49,970 bases of DNA from an uncultured Polynucleobacter sp. (GTDB taxonomy: Bacteria; Pseudomonadota; Gammaproteobacteria; Burkholderiales; Burkholderiaceae). Below are positions 19,186 to 28,084 of the stretch, piece by piece. The first letter of the stretch is position 1. Every line of letters begins with the position of its first letter. Location of the stretch: NCBI GenBank assembly GCA_964449745.1, contig CAYVBV010000002.1:1-49970 (forward strand). Direction: 5' to 3'. The notes below the pieces were generated by a model. It had not been told where the DNA came from. It ran no database searches and worked only from the letters and a program-made list of their open reading frames with translations. The position numbers were made by a program, and so were the translations under genes.

Positions 19186-19215
19186 TGCTATAATTAAAGT
19201 ATAAGAATTCCGATA
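19186..19215 (+). promoter_or_regulatory. Dual promoter region: TGcTATAAT (19186-19194) and CCGATA (19210-19215)
   Basis: Both motifs lie upstream of SD AGGAG and ATG 19244. Confidence 0.6.
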
Positions 19216-19243
19216 TCTTATTTAATAAATGCTTAGGAGCACG

Positions 19244-19753
19244 ATGGAAAACCAATACGAAGACGACCCTTTCGCAGCACCTGCCGAGGAAATCAAGGTT
19301 CCTGCTGGAGGTCCAGTATACGGAGGTAAGCGTGTTCCTGTTCCAAGCTCTACCCCTCTGCCTGAGTGGGAATCAACAGACAAGCAAGACTGGCAAGATG
19401 GTGCCGACGGTAGCGTAGACTACTCGGATCTTGCTGCACTTAACAGAGATTTACAAAAGCTACGTATTCGTATGGCTAGAATTCGCCGTGAGATGCGACG
19501 TGCGGCTAGAGAAGCAACTGAGGCTAAGCTTGCCTACCAGCGTGCTTTAAGGCGTGCACTAGTTCAGCAGAGCGGCGGTTCTGCTGAAAGCCGCAAGGCT
19601 AACGCTGAACTACTATGTGAAGACTTAGAAGCCGACATGGTTATGAAGTCCCAGGTAGCAGATGAGTATAATACTCTTTTCCGCTCAGTAAGAGATGACG
19701 TTGAAAATGCTAAGGTGGTAGCATACAACCTTAGAGCTCTAATGTCTATCTAG
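19244..19753 (+). CDS. Hypothetical coiled-coil protein
   Basis: Start placed after SD AGGAG (MENQY); heptad-rich C-terminal half. Confidence 0.75.
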   Translation: MENQYEDDPFAAPAEEIKVPAGGPVYGGKRVPVPSSTPLPEWESTDKQDWQDGADGSVDYSDLAALNRDLQKLRIRMARIRREMRRAAREATEAKLAYQRALRRALVQQSGGSAESRKANAELLCEDLEADMVMKSQVADEYNTLFRSVRDDVENAKVVAYNLRALMSI

Positions 19754-19771
19754 TTTTTTATCCTATCAAAC

Positions 19772-19800
19772 TTGCTATTTTAGTCTTTCTGTAGTATAAT
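19772..19800 (+). promoter_or_regulatory. sigma70/SigA promoter of the GATase gene
   Basis: TTGCTA-N17-TATAAT; SD GAGGAG. Confidence 0.75.
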
Positions 19801-19825
19801 ATTATTAACAGAAAGAGGAGTTCAA

Positions 19826-21070
19826 ATGTGTGGTTTGTTCGGGATTGTCAGGAACCCAAACAGCTTAAACGACATTGACGCTATGCGTCGTGGGGCAATT
19901 ACGGTTAGAGCACTTGGAGTAAACAGTGAGGAACGCGGTATTCACTCATCTGGTCTAGCAATGATTGATTGCGGAATTCCTTTTTCTTCTACCGTAGAAA
20001 ACCGTGTCGCAGCATCATCTAGCGAAGCAGCTCTTGGAAACACTTACATCGTTAAGGCACCTGGTCGTTTTTCTAACTTGCCTCTTAGCGAAACCGCTAG
20101 CGATAAACTTGTTAACAGCAACATTGTAATTGGGCACACTCGCTATGCTACCCAGGGAAACAGCACTCAACTTACTAATGCTTCGCCTATGCTTGCGGGT
20201 ATGCTTGTCGGGACTCACAATGGCGATGTGTTGAAGAGCAGTATCGTTGGAGAGAAAGAACTTAAGAAGCAGGCTTTAGGTGCTACCGATTCCGAGCTTC
20301 TATACCTCGCTATCAATACTGTCCGTGAGAGCAGAAAAGAAATTTCTAGCGTGCTGAGAAAAGCAATTGGGCGTATTGCTCTTGCTTTCGTAGATAGAAC
20401 AAACCCTAGTCGCCTTATGATTGCTAGGGGAGCACTTTCTCCTATCTCCTACGCTTGGACTAATGATGGAGACTTCGTTTATGCGAGCAACCCAGATTGG
20501 TTCCGTAGAATTGAGAAAGAGACTAAGGGTGCCATCTCGTTCAGGAACATAACCTTGCTACCAGAAGGGCGACTAATCACAGTAGACACCGAAACCGCAA
20601 CAGTAATTAACTCTAGGAAATTTACTCCCTCTTGCCGAGACACTGACCTATATTTGCTTCGCACTGGTATCTACAAGAAGTTCACAGTAAGCGACCGCAC
20701 CGCTTTCCAAACTCTTGACAGACACAAGATTTATGGCACAACTATCACTGAGAACTGGGCTGAGCCAATCGAGGTCGAAGGCTATGTAGAAGAAGTATAC
20801 GATTTGGCAGACTCCCCTGACCTGCCACCTCCACTTTTCGAGTTGGAGTCTGACGAGGACAACGATTGGATAGACCTAGATAGCCTAGAGAAGCTTTGCT
20901 CGGCTGTAGAGGGATTTGAAGAGTCTAACTACGTCCACGTTTTAGAGGCAGATTCCGAAGAAGAAGCAGAGGAAAGATATGCTAAGCTTTACTTTGAAAT
21001 CCTAGGCTTGTGGGAAAAGGGACTAACTCACAAGGGCTTCAAGATGGCAGAGATTAAAAAGCCTGCTTAG
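19826..21070 (+). CDS. Class II (Ntn) glutamine amidotransferase
   Basis: MCGLFG (catalytic Cys2), ERGIHSSG, IGHTRYATQG, THNG, TDSE; acidic C-terminal extension. Confidence 0.9.
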   Translation: MCGLFGIVRNPNSLNDIDAMRRGAITVRALGVNSEERGIHSSGLAMIDCGIPFSSTVENRVAASSSEAALGNTYIVKAPGRFSNLPLSETASDKLVNSNIVIGHTRYATQGNSTQLTNASPMLAGMLVGTHNGDVLKSSIVGEKELKKQALGATDSELLYLAINTVRESRKEISSVLRKAIGRIALAFVDRTNPSRLMIARGALSPISYAWTNDGDFVYASNPDWFRRIEKETKGAISFRNITLLPEGRLITVDTETATVINSRKFTPSCRDTDLYLLRTGIYKKFTVSDRTAFQTLDRHKIYGTTITENWAEPIEVEGYVEEVYDLADSPDLPPPLFELESDEDNDWIDLDSLEKLCSAVEGFEESNYVHVLEADSEEEAEERYAKLYFEILGLWEKGLTHKGFKMAEIKKPA

Positions 21071-22878
21071 TTTCTATACCAACGGCTTTCGGCGAACATT
21101 TGGAAAAATAGCTTTTTATGTTGTTCTGACTTCAGTCCTGCTATTTCAAGTAAGCTTATAAATTTACGGAATGGGAGAGTCGCAAGTTCCCAATCTTCGC
21201 CTGATAGTTTTCCCGTTCCAAATCTGCTGGAAGAGTACCCTGCTAGTTGTTCGGGGTGGTCTGGCTGCTGACCTCTCAACGCAAGCTCTACTAATGCCGC
21301 TGAAACGCTCACAGCACCTTGTATACGCCCTAAATCGGTAGCACCATCCCAGAACCTAACCTCTACCCTAGAAGAGCCTCTGTGGCTCTCTCCTGTCCCT
21401 GGGAGGTGTCCTAGGTTGAAGGCTTGGTAATGGTTAGAGTATGCCCTAGCGGCAGAGACTGATTCATATCCGCTTGGCGGCAGACTAGCTGGCGAGCAGT
21501 AAGATCTCCCTCTGTGCTGTACTCCAGATTTAGGATTATGTGCGAGCCTTATTAAGACATCATCGTAGGCAGCCGCAAGCTTCAAAAGATTATTATGTGC
21601 GGTAGGGGATTCGTTTGAGAATTCTTGTCCTCCAATGTTAATGTGCATACCAGTTCTCTGAGTTGCTTTTGCGTTGTAGCGTTCAAGATTTTCTGTTATC
21701 TTAGCGATATTATTCCATGTTTGTGCTTCGTCAAAAAGTATCTGGGATTTTATTTCAACTCCCCTGTTCCCCTCATACGGGTCTATACTACGGTCGAATT
21801 CACAAACCCAAGCGTTAGGGTCTTCTCGGTATTCTCCACCAGGTCTATCTTGCCCTCCTACGAAATGCCAACGCTGTATATGAGGAGAAACAGTTATTCC
21901 TTCTCTATGTAGTTCCGCCGCAAGCCTATGCCTTAAATAGAAAGAGTCATAATCGTATTGTTCTTCCCATTCGTCATAGTCAGGCTCTTCTGAAGGAAAA
22001 TCTACTTCCAACTCAATACCAAAGGTATTCCTTCCTCTAGCCGCAATACCAGCAGTAACGAAACCTTCTTCTGGCGAATTAAGAACTGGCAAAGGTTTTC
22101 TTTCCGCTATATCTTGTTTAGATAGGTCGTACCTGTCTTGGAATTCGTCCATTGACATTGGCATCAATGGCTCAGAGTATTCTTTACGAGTTGGAGAAAA
22201 ATGTGTAGGCTGATTTGCTAAACCAATTGGCAATCCCGAGAGCCTTGCTGCCTCTCTAAGATTTTGAGATACGGGGCAGTTGTGGACGGAGGAAGGGACA
22301 CTACGACTTATAAATTGCCCACATAGATTGCAGCGGGAGAGACTATAAATAGTGCTCATTGCATACTGGGTTCCCCTGTCCTGAGGCATAGGGTCAATAA
22401 GAGCAGTATGGTTTATGATTTCCCACCTAGAATTTATTGCTTCTTTATTTTCTGCATATTCTGCTAGTAATCTATTATAGTTGTCTTTGAGATTTTCTTT
22501 AGTGAGCTCCATGTCTGGATTAGCCGCTATGAGATTATCGAAATAAGAATCTAACAGCCTCTTAGATATCTCAGCATTGATAGTTAAATTTATAATCGCA
22601 TATTTTTCTGGGTCAGTAGGAGAAGCAGAAGATATTTCGCTAATTTTTTCTAAAAGCCTATTTTTCTTCGCTTCGCTTAATGAAGAATTTTCTACTGAAT
22701 GCTTTAGGTCTTCTAGACTCCTGCGATATGATTCTATGTCTGAAACATATTCAGGGTGTTCTCTATGCAATCTTAAATTTGTATGGAAAATACTTTTTGC
22801 TTGGCTGTCATTAAGGTTATAAAAACTTTTCAAAAACGAAACGGAGAACTTACCCAAGGTGGTAGTTGAGCAAGACAT
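21067..22878 (-). CDS. Amidoligase (glutamine-synthetase-like COOH-NH2 ligase, Amidoligase_2-type) with MSC N-terminal domain and Zn finger
   Basis: TFGIELEV, DRSI, VEIKS, TGMHINIG, HYQAFNL, VEVRFWDG; RCNLCGQF...HNCP. Confidence 0.85.
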   Translation of the reverse strand: MSCSTTTLGKFSVSFLKSFYNLNDSQAKSIFHTNLRLHREHPEYVSDIESYRRSLEDLKHSVENSSLSEAKKNRLLEKISEISSASPTDPEKYAIINLTINAEISKRLLDSYFDNLIAANPDMELTKENLKDNYNRLLAEYAENKEAINSRWEIINHTALIDPMPQDRGTQYAMSTIYSLSRCNLCGQFISRSVPSSVHNCPVSQNLREAARLSGLPIGLANQPTHFSPTRKEYSEPLMPMSMDEFQDRYDLSKQDIAERKPLPVLNSPEEGFVTAGIAARGRNTFGIELEVDFPSEEPDYDEWEEQYDYDSFYLRHRLAAELHREGITVSPHIQRWHFVGGQDRPGGEYREDPNAWVCEFDRSIDPYEGNRGVEIKSQILFDEAQTWNNIAKITENLERYNAKATQRTGMHINIGGQEFSNESPTAHNNLLKLAAAYDDVLIRLAHNPKSGVQHRGRSYCSPASLPPSGYESVSAARAYSNHYQAFNLGHLPGTGESHRGSSRVEVRFWDGATDLGRIQGAVSVSAALVELALRGQQPDHPEQLAGYSSSRFGTGKLSGEDWELATLPFRKFISLLEIAGLKSEQHKKLFFQMFAESRWYRN

Positions 22879-22916
22879 AAGAACTCCGTAATTAGTATAT
22901 ATTAATTATATTATAT

Positions 22917-25442
22917 CTAACTATCTTGTGGCAAATCGGCAAGTCTACGGCTTGCCTGAGTCTGCCATTTAGTCATTGCAAAAAGCCCTACTACTTGCTT
23001 AATAAGAGTGTTCTCTTTTACATTCTCAGAAGGCTGCGGAATAAATTCATCGATGAATTGTCTAGTGCCCAGAGTTGTTTCATCCCAAGCTTCGCCTGAA
23101 AGAGCTCTTCTTCTTGGATTTAACTCAAGCCTCTTACCTAAAGGCACTTTACCTTCTACGGGGGCTGGATTGTTTGTTCCTCTTAATGCTCCTTCAACCA
23201 TCAATACGGATAGTGCAATCTGAGTCTGAATTATTGAAGGATTTAAAGTAGAGTCAAAAGTTCTAAATTCAATATGGTCGCTATCTCTACCACTTACACT
23301 CTGCATATTAAGTGCGGAGCCGTGGCTATTGTGAGCAGCGGCTGCGGCAGAGATACGAGCATAAGGAGTGCTAGGCAATTCGTTAGGTCTACAATAGCCA
23401 AACCCACGGTGTCTACCTCTTTCAGGATTCATTGATAGACGATAAATAAGGTCTTCGTTTCTGGAATAGGAATTTAATAAACGATTGTGATTAGCTACCT
23501 TGTGGTCATAATCATTTAGCCCAACGTGTACGTGTTGTCCTGTTCCCCTAGAAGCGAACGCTCCATTACGCTTTAGTATTTCACAAATCTTTTCTATATT
23601 CTCCCAGGTTTCTGGCTCATCGTACATAACAGGACTTACGATTTCTCCACCCTGCTGTCCGTCCCGACCGCCAGTAGAGAAGTCTGACTCGTAGCTCCAT
23701 CCTCTTGCATGTTGGTCTCGATACCATCCGTGACTTGCTCCATATCCACCCTGGTTGGAGGATTGAGTAAGTCCTAATGCGTAGAGCTCTTGCCCTATGC
23801 GATCTTTAGCATCGTTAACTTCGTTATAGTCCATATCATTAGGGAAAGCGTATTCGATTTCGATACCAAATCCTCTACCGCTTTCTCTAGTTGCAAATCC
23901 CATTAAAGCATTTTCTTTTACATAAGGAACAGGAAATTCTCCTTCGCCTTCTTCAAACTTCTTTCGAGCTTTCTTAGCTTCCTTATACATTTCTTCGAAG
24001 ACTTCAACATTTTCTGCAAAAGAAACTTTTAGAGTAGGGTAATTGTTCTGGGCTTCTTCAATAGCGGACTCTGACTCAGAGTGTTCTATTGCAATATCCG
24101 CAAGTACTTGACCGTTTTGGAATTCTCTTACTTCGGGGGAGACTTCGTTGTTAACTACTGAATTGACATATGACACTATTTCATCTATATGGTGGCAAGA
24201 TTGATTGTTCTGATAGTCGGGACATAGACATCTCATTCTGCGGTCTATTCTAGTAGGAGCACCAACCCAGAATGCCGCCTCATCTGAATCGTATTCCATG
24301 TGAAGCAGTCCTTCTACTTCAAATCCATCTATTCTAGCTGCTACTTCAAATCTTATGTCTCCCTCTCGCTCACCTTCTCGGGAAAGAGTATCAATGTGAG
24401 GCATATTAACTAGCATGCCTTCATTGAATAAATAGTGGCTTTCTGCTCTTGGCAAAGTGGGGAAAGTGGCGGCAGGCGTACCTGTCGTAATTCTCTGGAT
24501 GTCAGCGTTGATTGCTTCTTCGCTTCCTATAACAGGGCATGCGTGGGAAACTCTAGAAGCAAATTGCCCACAAGAAGCACAGCGATAGCGGTATCTAACG
24601 TTATCAACCTCAGCATTAGTGCGGTAAGCAATTCTAGCATTATCTAGCTGCTCTCTTACGCTGCTATCCCAAATGCTATCTTCATCGTAATTTACTAAGT
24701 AATCTTTTAGGTCTGCGTCTTCTAAATCATTAAGGTTATAAAAGTGTAGCTGCTCTGTGCCGTCGCTATATCTTTCTAGAAGTTCTAAGTGTTCGCCGCT
24801 CTGTGCTACAGACACTCTGATAACCCCGTAATCGGATTCTGACGGGCTTATCTCATAATGTCTTAGTGCGATTACCTCTCGGTCTCCATTGGCGTCATAT
24901 TCGCTCCTACGGGCTTCCATCTGCTCATAAGCATAAAGGGACTTGCGGTCTCTCAAAAAGTTTGCACTTCCCAGTTCCGAATCCCAATCTGCAATAAAGG
25001 AATCGCTTGCCTTTAGGCTAGAATCTAGTTCAGCTTCTCTATAGTGTTCTTCCCAATCTCTTTGTGTCGCCTCTTGGGAAAGCCCTAGCCTTCTTGCTAG
25101 AAATAGGATATATCTGTCGTGCGACTTTGCACTTAATGTCGCTCTTCCCATTATATTTAAAGCTGCATAGATTCTAGACCCATCTGGGGTTTCAGTTCTA
25201 GCTGCCTCTAACCTCGAAATAGGGTCAGAGGAACGTGGGGGAACAGCGATTCTGCCATCTTGTATTTGAGCAATAAAACTATCTATGACAGCATTCCAAT
25301 CCTCTGCTGTTGTTGTGCCTTCGAACTGACTGCCTTCGTTCATAAGGTCGTGATTGATGCCTAGTATTTGAGAATCGGAAAGCCCAGTGCATCTTGCTAA
25401 AGTTATAGTAGCACTGGATAGTCTTGATTGTCTACATGTCAT
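22917..25442 (-). CDS. Amidoligase (Amidoligase_2-type) with MTC N-terminal domain, Zn finger and SWIM finger
   Basis: GFGIEIEY, GEIVSPV, TGQHVHVG, ALNM, IEFRTFDSTL; RCASCGQF...HACP; SWIM CLCPDY...CHH. Confidence 0.85.
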   Translation of the reverse strand: MTCRQSRLSSATITLARCTGLSDSQILGINHDLMNEGSQFEGTTTAEDWNAVIDSFIAQIQDGRIAVPPRSSDPISRLEAARTETPDGSRIYAALNIMGRATLSAKSHDRYILFLARRLGLSQEATQRDWEEHYREAELDSSLKASDSFIADWDSELGSANFLRDRKSLYAYEQMEARRSEYDANGDREVIALRHYEISPSESDYGVIRVSVAQSGEHLELLERYSDGTEQLHFYNLNDLEDADLKDYLVNYDEDSIWDSSVREQLDNARIAYRTNAEVDNVRYRYRCASCGQFASRVSHACPVIGSEEAINADIQRITTGTPAATFPTLPRAESHYLFNEGMLVNMPHIDTLSREGEREGDIRFEVAARIDGFEVEGLLHMEYDSDEAAFWVGAPTRIDRRMRCLCPDYQNNQSCHHIDEIVSYVNSVVNNEVSPEVREFQNGQVLADIAIEHSESESAIEEAQNNYPTLKVSFAENVEVFEEMYKEAKKARKKFEEGEGEFPVPYVKENALMGFATRESGRGFGIEIEYAFPNDMDYNEVNDAKDRIGQELYALGLTQSSNQGGYGASHGWYRDQHARGWSYESDFSTGGRDGQQGGEIVSPVMYDEPETWENIEKICEILKRNGAFASRGTGQHVHVGLNDYDHKVANHNRLLNSYSRNEDLIYRLSMNPERGRHRGFGYCRPNELPSTPYARISAAAAAHNSHGSALNMQSVSGRDSDHIEFRTFDSTLNPSIIQTQIALSVLMVEGALRGTNNPAPVEGKVPLGKRLELNPRRRALSGEAWDETTLGTRQFIDEFIPQPSENVKENTLIKQVVGLFAMTKWQTQASRRLADLPQDS

Positions 25443-25966
25443 TATAGTAGCTCGCTTTTTAATATATTAAACTGTATTACTCCTGCGGCGTCTAGACTCT
25501 TTAGATATTCTTCAACACCTTTGCCGGGAGTTAACCAGATAAGGTTATCATCATTTTCTAAGTATCTACCAATAGGAGCTTTAACCTCAGTATACGGTGC
25601 ATAGAATGAATCTATTAGTACTAATGGTACTTGGCAGTTCCAAACATTTAGGTTTGGCTGTTCGTGTCTAGGTCCCATAAGAATTTCAAATTCTTTAGCA
25701 TCTACGAGTGCATCAATGTAGAAGTTTGCTAGCTGTGCTTGTAAGGCAACCTGTGTGTCTACCGCATGAGATAGGAGAGCCTTATAGTCATCTTTTCCCC
25801 CAGGAACTAAGTACTCTGATATTTCGTTGATATCGTCAGAATAAACTCGCGTATCTGCAATGTAATCTATGAGTTCGTACTTGTAATATGTGTAATTTGG
25901 CTTAGTGGGAATGGGGTATAGGTCAATGTCTTCTTCCATTGATATGTTCTTCTGAATGACTGACAT
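25442..25966 (-). CDS. Hypothetical protein, translationally coupled to the amidoligase
   Basis: 174-aa ORF with SD AGGAG; its stop overlaps the next ATG (TAATG). Confidence 0.75.
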   Translation of the reverse strand: MSVIQKNISMEEDIDLYPIPTKPNYTYYKYELIDYIADTRVYSDDINEISEYLVPGGKDDYKALLSHAVDTQVALQAQLANFYIDALVDAKEFEILMGPRHEQPNLNVWNCQVPLVLIDSFYAPYTEVKAPIGRYLENDDNLIWLTPGKGVEEYLKSLDAAGVIQFNILKSELL

Positions 25967-26018
25967 TATTTACTCCTACTATTTATAATTTCCTAACTAT
26001 TATGGGCTTATATGGCTT

Positions 26019-26381
26019 TTAGAGTTGTGATGATGCGTAGGAAATTGCTATGAATATCACAGCTAAAGGAAGTATGAATAGAATGCCTTTAAATACGCCT
26101 TGATATAGATTATTGACTATCTCAGATTTATTTAAATTGTTAGATTTTGTTTCTTCTTCGTCGGAAGGTACCCACTCTGTTGCGACAGACCCTCGGCTAA
26201 GTTCCTCTGCGACTATTTCTGCCCTAGTTTTTATAGGTCCAACTGTTTCTTCTTCTCTTAGGGGTCTAGGGATATTTAGGACAGCGTCTCTCAACTCAGG
26301 CTGTTCTTCGCTTTCAACAAATACTAGTGGGTCAATATCACTAGTGTCGAAACCTTGGAATTCTTTATTTTCTGAATCCAT
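26019..26381 (-). CDS. Hypothetical protein with a C-terminal membrane anchor
   Basis: Start placed at ATG 26381 after GGAG; acidic N-terminus, C-terminal hydrophobic helix. Confidence 0.65.
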   Translation of the reverse strand: MDSENKEFQGFDTSDIDPLVFVESEEQPELRDAVLNIPRPLREEETVGPIKTRAEIVAEELSRGSVATEWVPSDEEETKSNNLNKSEIVNNLYQGVFKGILFILPLAVIFIAISYASSQL

Positions 26382-26697
26382 TCTCATCAACTCCGAGTGC
26401 TTTATATAATTCACTTATATCTATCGGAGAATAGGTTATTACCTCTGAGATTTCGGCAAAGCATAAATTTACAGGACGGGTAGTCTTTGGTAAGCGTAGA
26501 CCTTTTACAAAAATATTTGCTAAATAGCCTGCTTGTCCTTTAGTCGCTATTTCAGCATTCTCAATCTCTTTAATTACACTACGACATAAGAGAGTATCTG
26601 ATTTTGGATTTACAGCTGCTGATTCTGCAGCCGTCAACAATAGAGTGCGTTGGCTATCGTCTAACCATACCGCACTCTTAAGGAATGGATTAATCAT
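26365..26697 (-). CDS. Hypothetical protein
   Basis: 110-aa ORF filling the gap in a minus-strand gene run. Confidence 0.55.
   Translation of the reverse strand: MINPFLKSAVWLDDSQRTLLLTAAESAAVNPKSDTLLCRSVIKEIENAEIATKGQAGYLANIFVKGLRLPKTTRPVNLCFAEISEVITYSPIDISELYKALGVDENGFRK
26422..26427 (-). promoter_or_regulatory. CCGATA motif (inside the end of the upstream ORF)
   Basis: tCCGATAgatataag about 40 nt before ATG 26381. Confidence 0.55.
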
Positions 26698-26709
26698 TTT
26701 ATGACTCGC

Positions 26710-27366
26710 TTATCTGGCGTATTCTTCGATTTTGAAGAATTTAAGAATACCGTCTACTGCCCCTACAACATTCTTTGTAGGAATTTCGTAAAGTGTCCCT
26801 GGGATTCCACATGAGCCTTCAAGACATTCGACGAGGTAAAAGTCGCCGATCTGTTTGCGGTCTATTATTCTATCGGAAGGAATTGTTGTTGGATAGCCAT
26901 TAACTACGACATATCCCTCAATATTGCTTGAAATTGTATCAAGCGGAGTTGCGATTATTCTCACGACTGAGCCTTTGCTCACAGCGCCTGTAAGGTGGGA
27001 TGAGATTTTTCCTATCAAAGAGTTTTCATTTTCGTTGGTTTCATAAGCTATATCTTGATATTCAGCAGCTCCAACGCTCCATGCGTTTCTGTCAACTACC
27101 AAAAAACGCCCATCAATATATGGAGTTGCTATAACAGTGCTAACCATAATAACAGAGACAAATCCCAGGGTTACGAATCCCGCCACGATAAGTGAGATTA
27201 AAGCTTTTAGTATCTTTAATAGATTTACAGATATTGGGTCATCTTGTTGAGGTACAAAATTTGAGATTAGCCTATCAGAGGCACGGCGTTTAGGAGCTTG
27301 CCCTAATGCCGAAACTACTTCTTCGCTCTCGGCTAGGCGAGGAGACCAATCTTTATTCTTACTCAT
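26710..27366 (-). CDS. Signal peptidase I (S26)-like membrane protein, probably catalytically degenerate
   Basis: TM helix, then VRIIATPLDTI...YVVVNG and IPTKNVVG resembling S26 boxes D and E, but without the catalytic K or the SM motif. Confidence 0.55.
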   Translation of the reverse strand: MSKNKDWSPRLAESEEVVSALGQAPKRRASDRLISNFVPQQDDPISVNLLKILKALISLIVAGFVTLGFVSVIMVSTVIATPYIDGRFLVVDRNAWSVGAAEYQDIAYETNENENSLIGKISSHLTGAVSKGSVVRIIATPLDTISSNIEGYVVVNGYPTTIPSDRIIDRKQIGDFYLVECLEGSCGIPGTLYEIPTKNVVGAVDGILKFFKIEEYAR

Positions 27367-27375
27367 CCCTTTTAA

Positions 27376-27382
27376 AATCGGC
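27376..27382 (-). promoter_or_regulatory. GCCGATT variant motif
   Basis: GCCGATTttaaaagggATG (9-nt spacer). Confidence 0.6.
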
Positions 27383-27400
27383 TATATATCTCATTGCGAC

Positions 27401-28078
27401 TTAGCCTATCAAGGTAGAAGTGTATCCTCCATAAATTAGCATAAGAATAAATGCAAGAGTTAATGCAGGACCATAAGGAGCACCTTTAGATTCTGGATGC
27501 TTTTTCTTCCAAACCTGTCGAGCAATAAGCTGAATGGGAAGTGCAGCAACAATTATATAAAATATATTAATGCTGTCGAACCAATAGATAGCTGGAACAA
27601 ACGATACAAGAAGCTTGATATCTCCTCCGCCCAGTTTACCCTTTGTAATTAGATTAGTAATGAAACCTGCGAAGATAATAACTCCTGTAGTAATCGCTAT
27701 GTTTACCCAACCGTCAGGATTATAAAACATTGGCACAACTAAAAGCGATGCGATGAATCCATAGATTACAACTTCGTTTGGAATAAAGCAAGTTTTCCAA
27801 TCAATGTAAGAAGCCAATAAGGCTGCAGACACAGCTACTCCTACACCCGCAGCGGTGGCAAGTGGAAACCCTAATATCCAAGATACAGCTACGGCGAAAA
27901 GTGCTGAGAAAACGCCTTGGTTGTATAGCGTTAGAGTAGGGATAGAAACTTCAATACCTCTTTTAGCTACTCTTTTTTCTAAGTTAGCACCATACCAAAG
28001 CATCTGCGGGGTAAAAGAAAGGAATACAGGCACTAGGTAAAGGAGCTCGTAAGGAAGGCTAGAGAGGAAGTCAATCAT
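27401..28078 (-). CDS. Prepilin peptidase (A24 family)
   Basis: SYIDWKTCFIPN and LGGGDIKL catalytic Asp motifs, PYGPAL, polytopic membrane protein. Confidence 0.92.
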   Translation of the reverse strand: MIDFLSSLPYELLYLVPVFLSFTPQMLWYGANLEKRVAKRGIEVSIPTLTLYNQGVFSALFAVAVSWILGFPLATAAGVGVAVSAALLASYIDWKTCFIPNEVVIYGFIASLLVVPMFYNPDGWVNIAITTGVIIFAGFITNLITKGKLGGGDIKLLVSFVPAIYWFDSINIFYIIVAALPIQLIARQVWKKKHPESKGAPYGPALTLAFILMLIYGGYTSTLIG

Positions 28079-28084
28079 ATGAAG

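Noticed and set aside
19244-19753. UvsY-like recombination mediator
   Set aside because: Only generic coiled-coil resemblance; no specific motif recognised.
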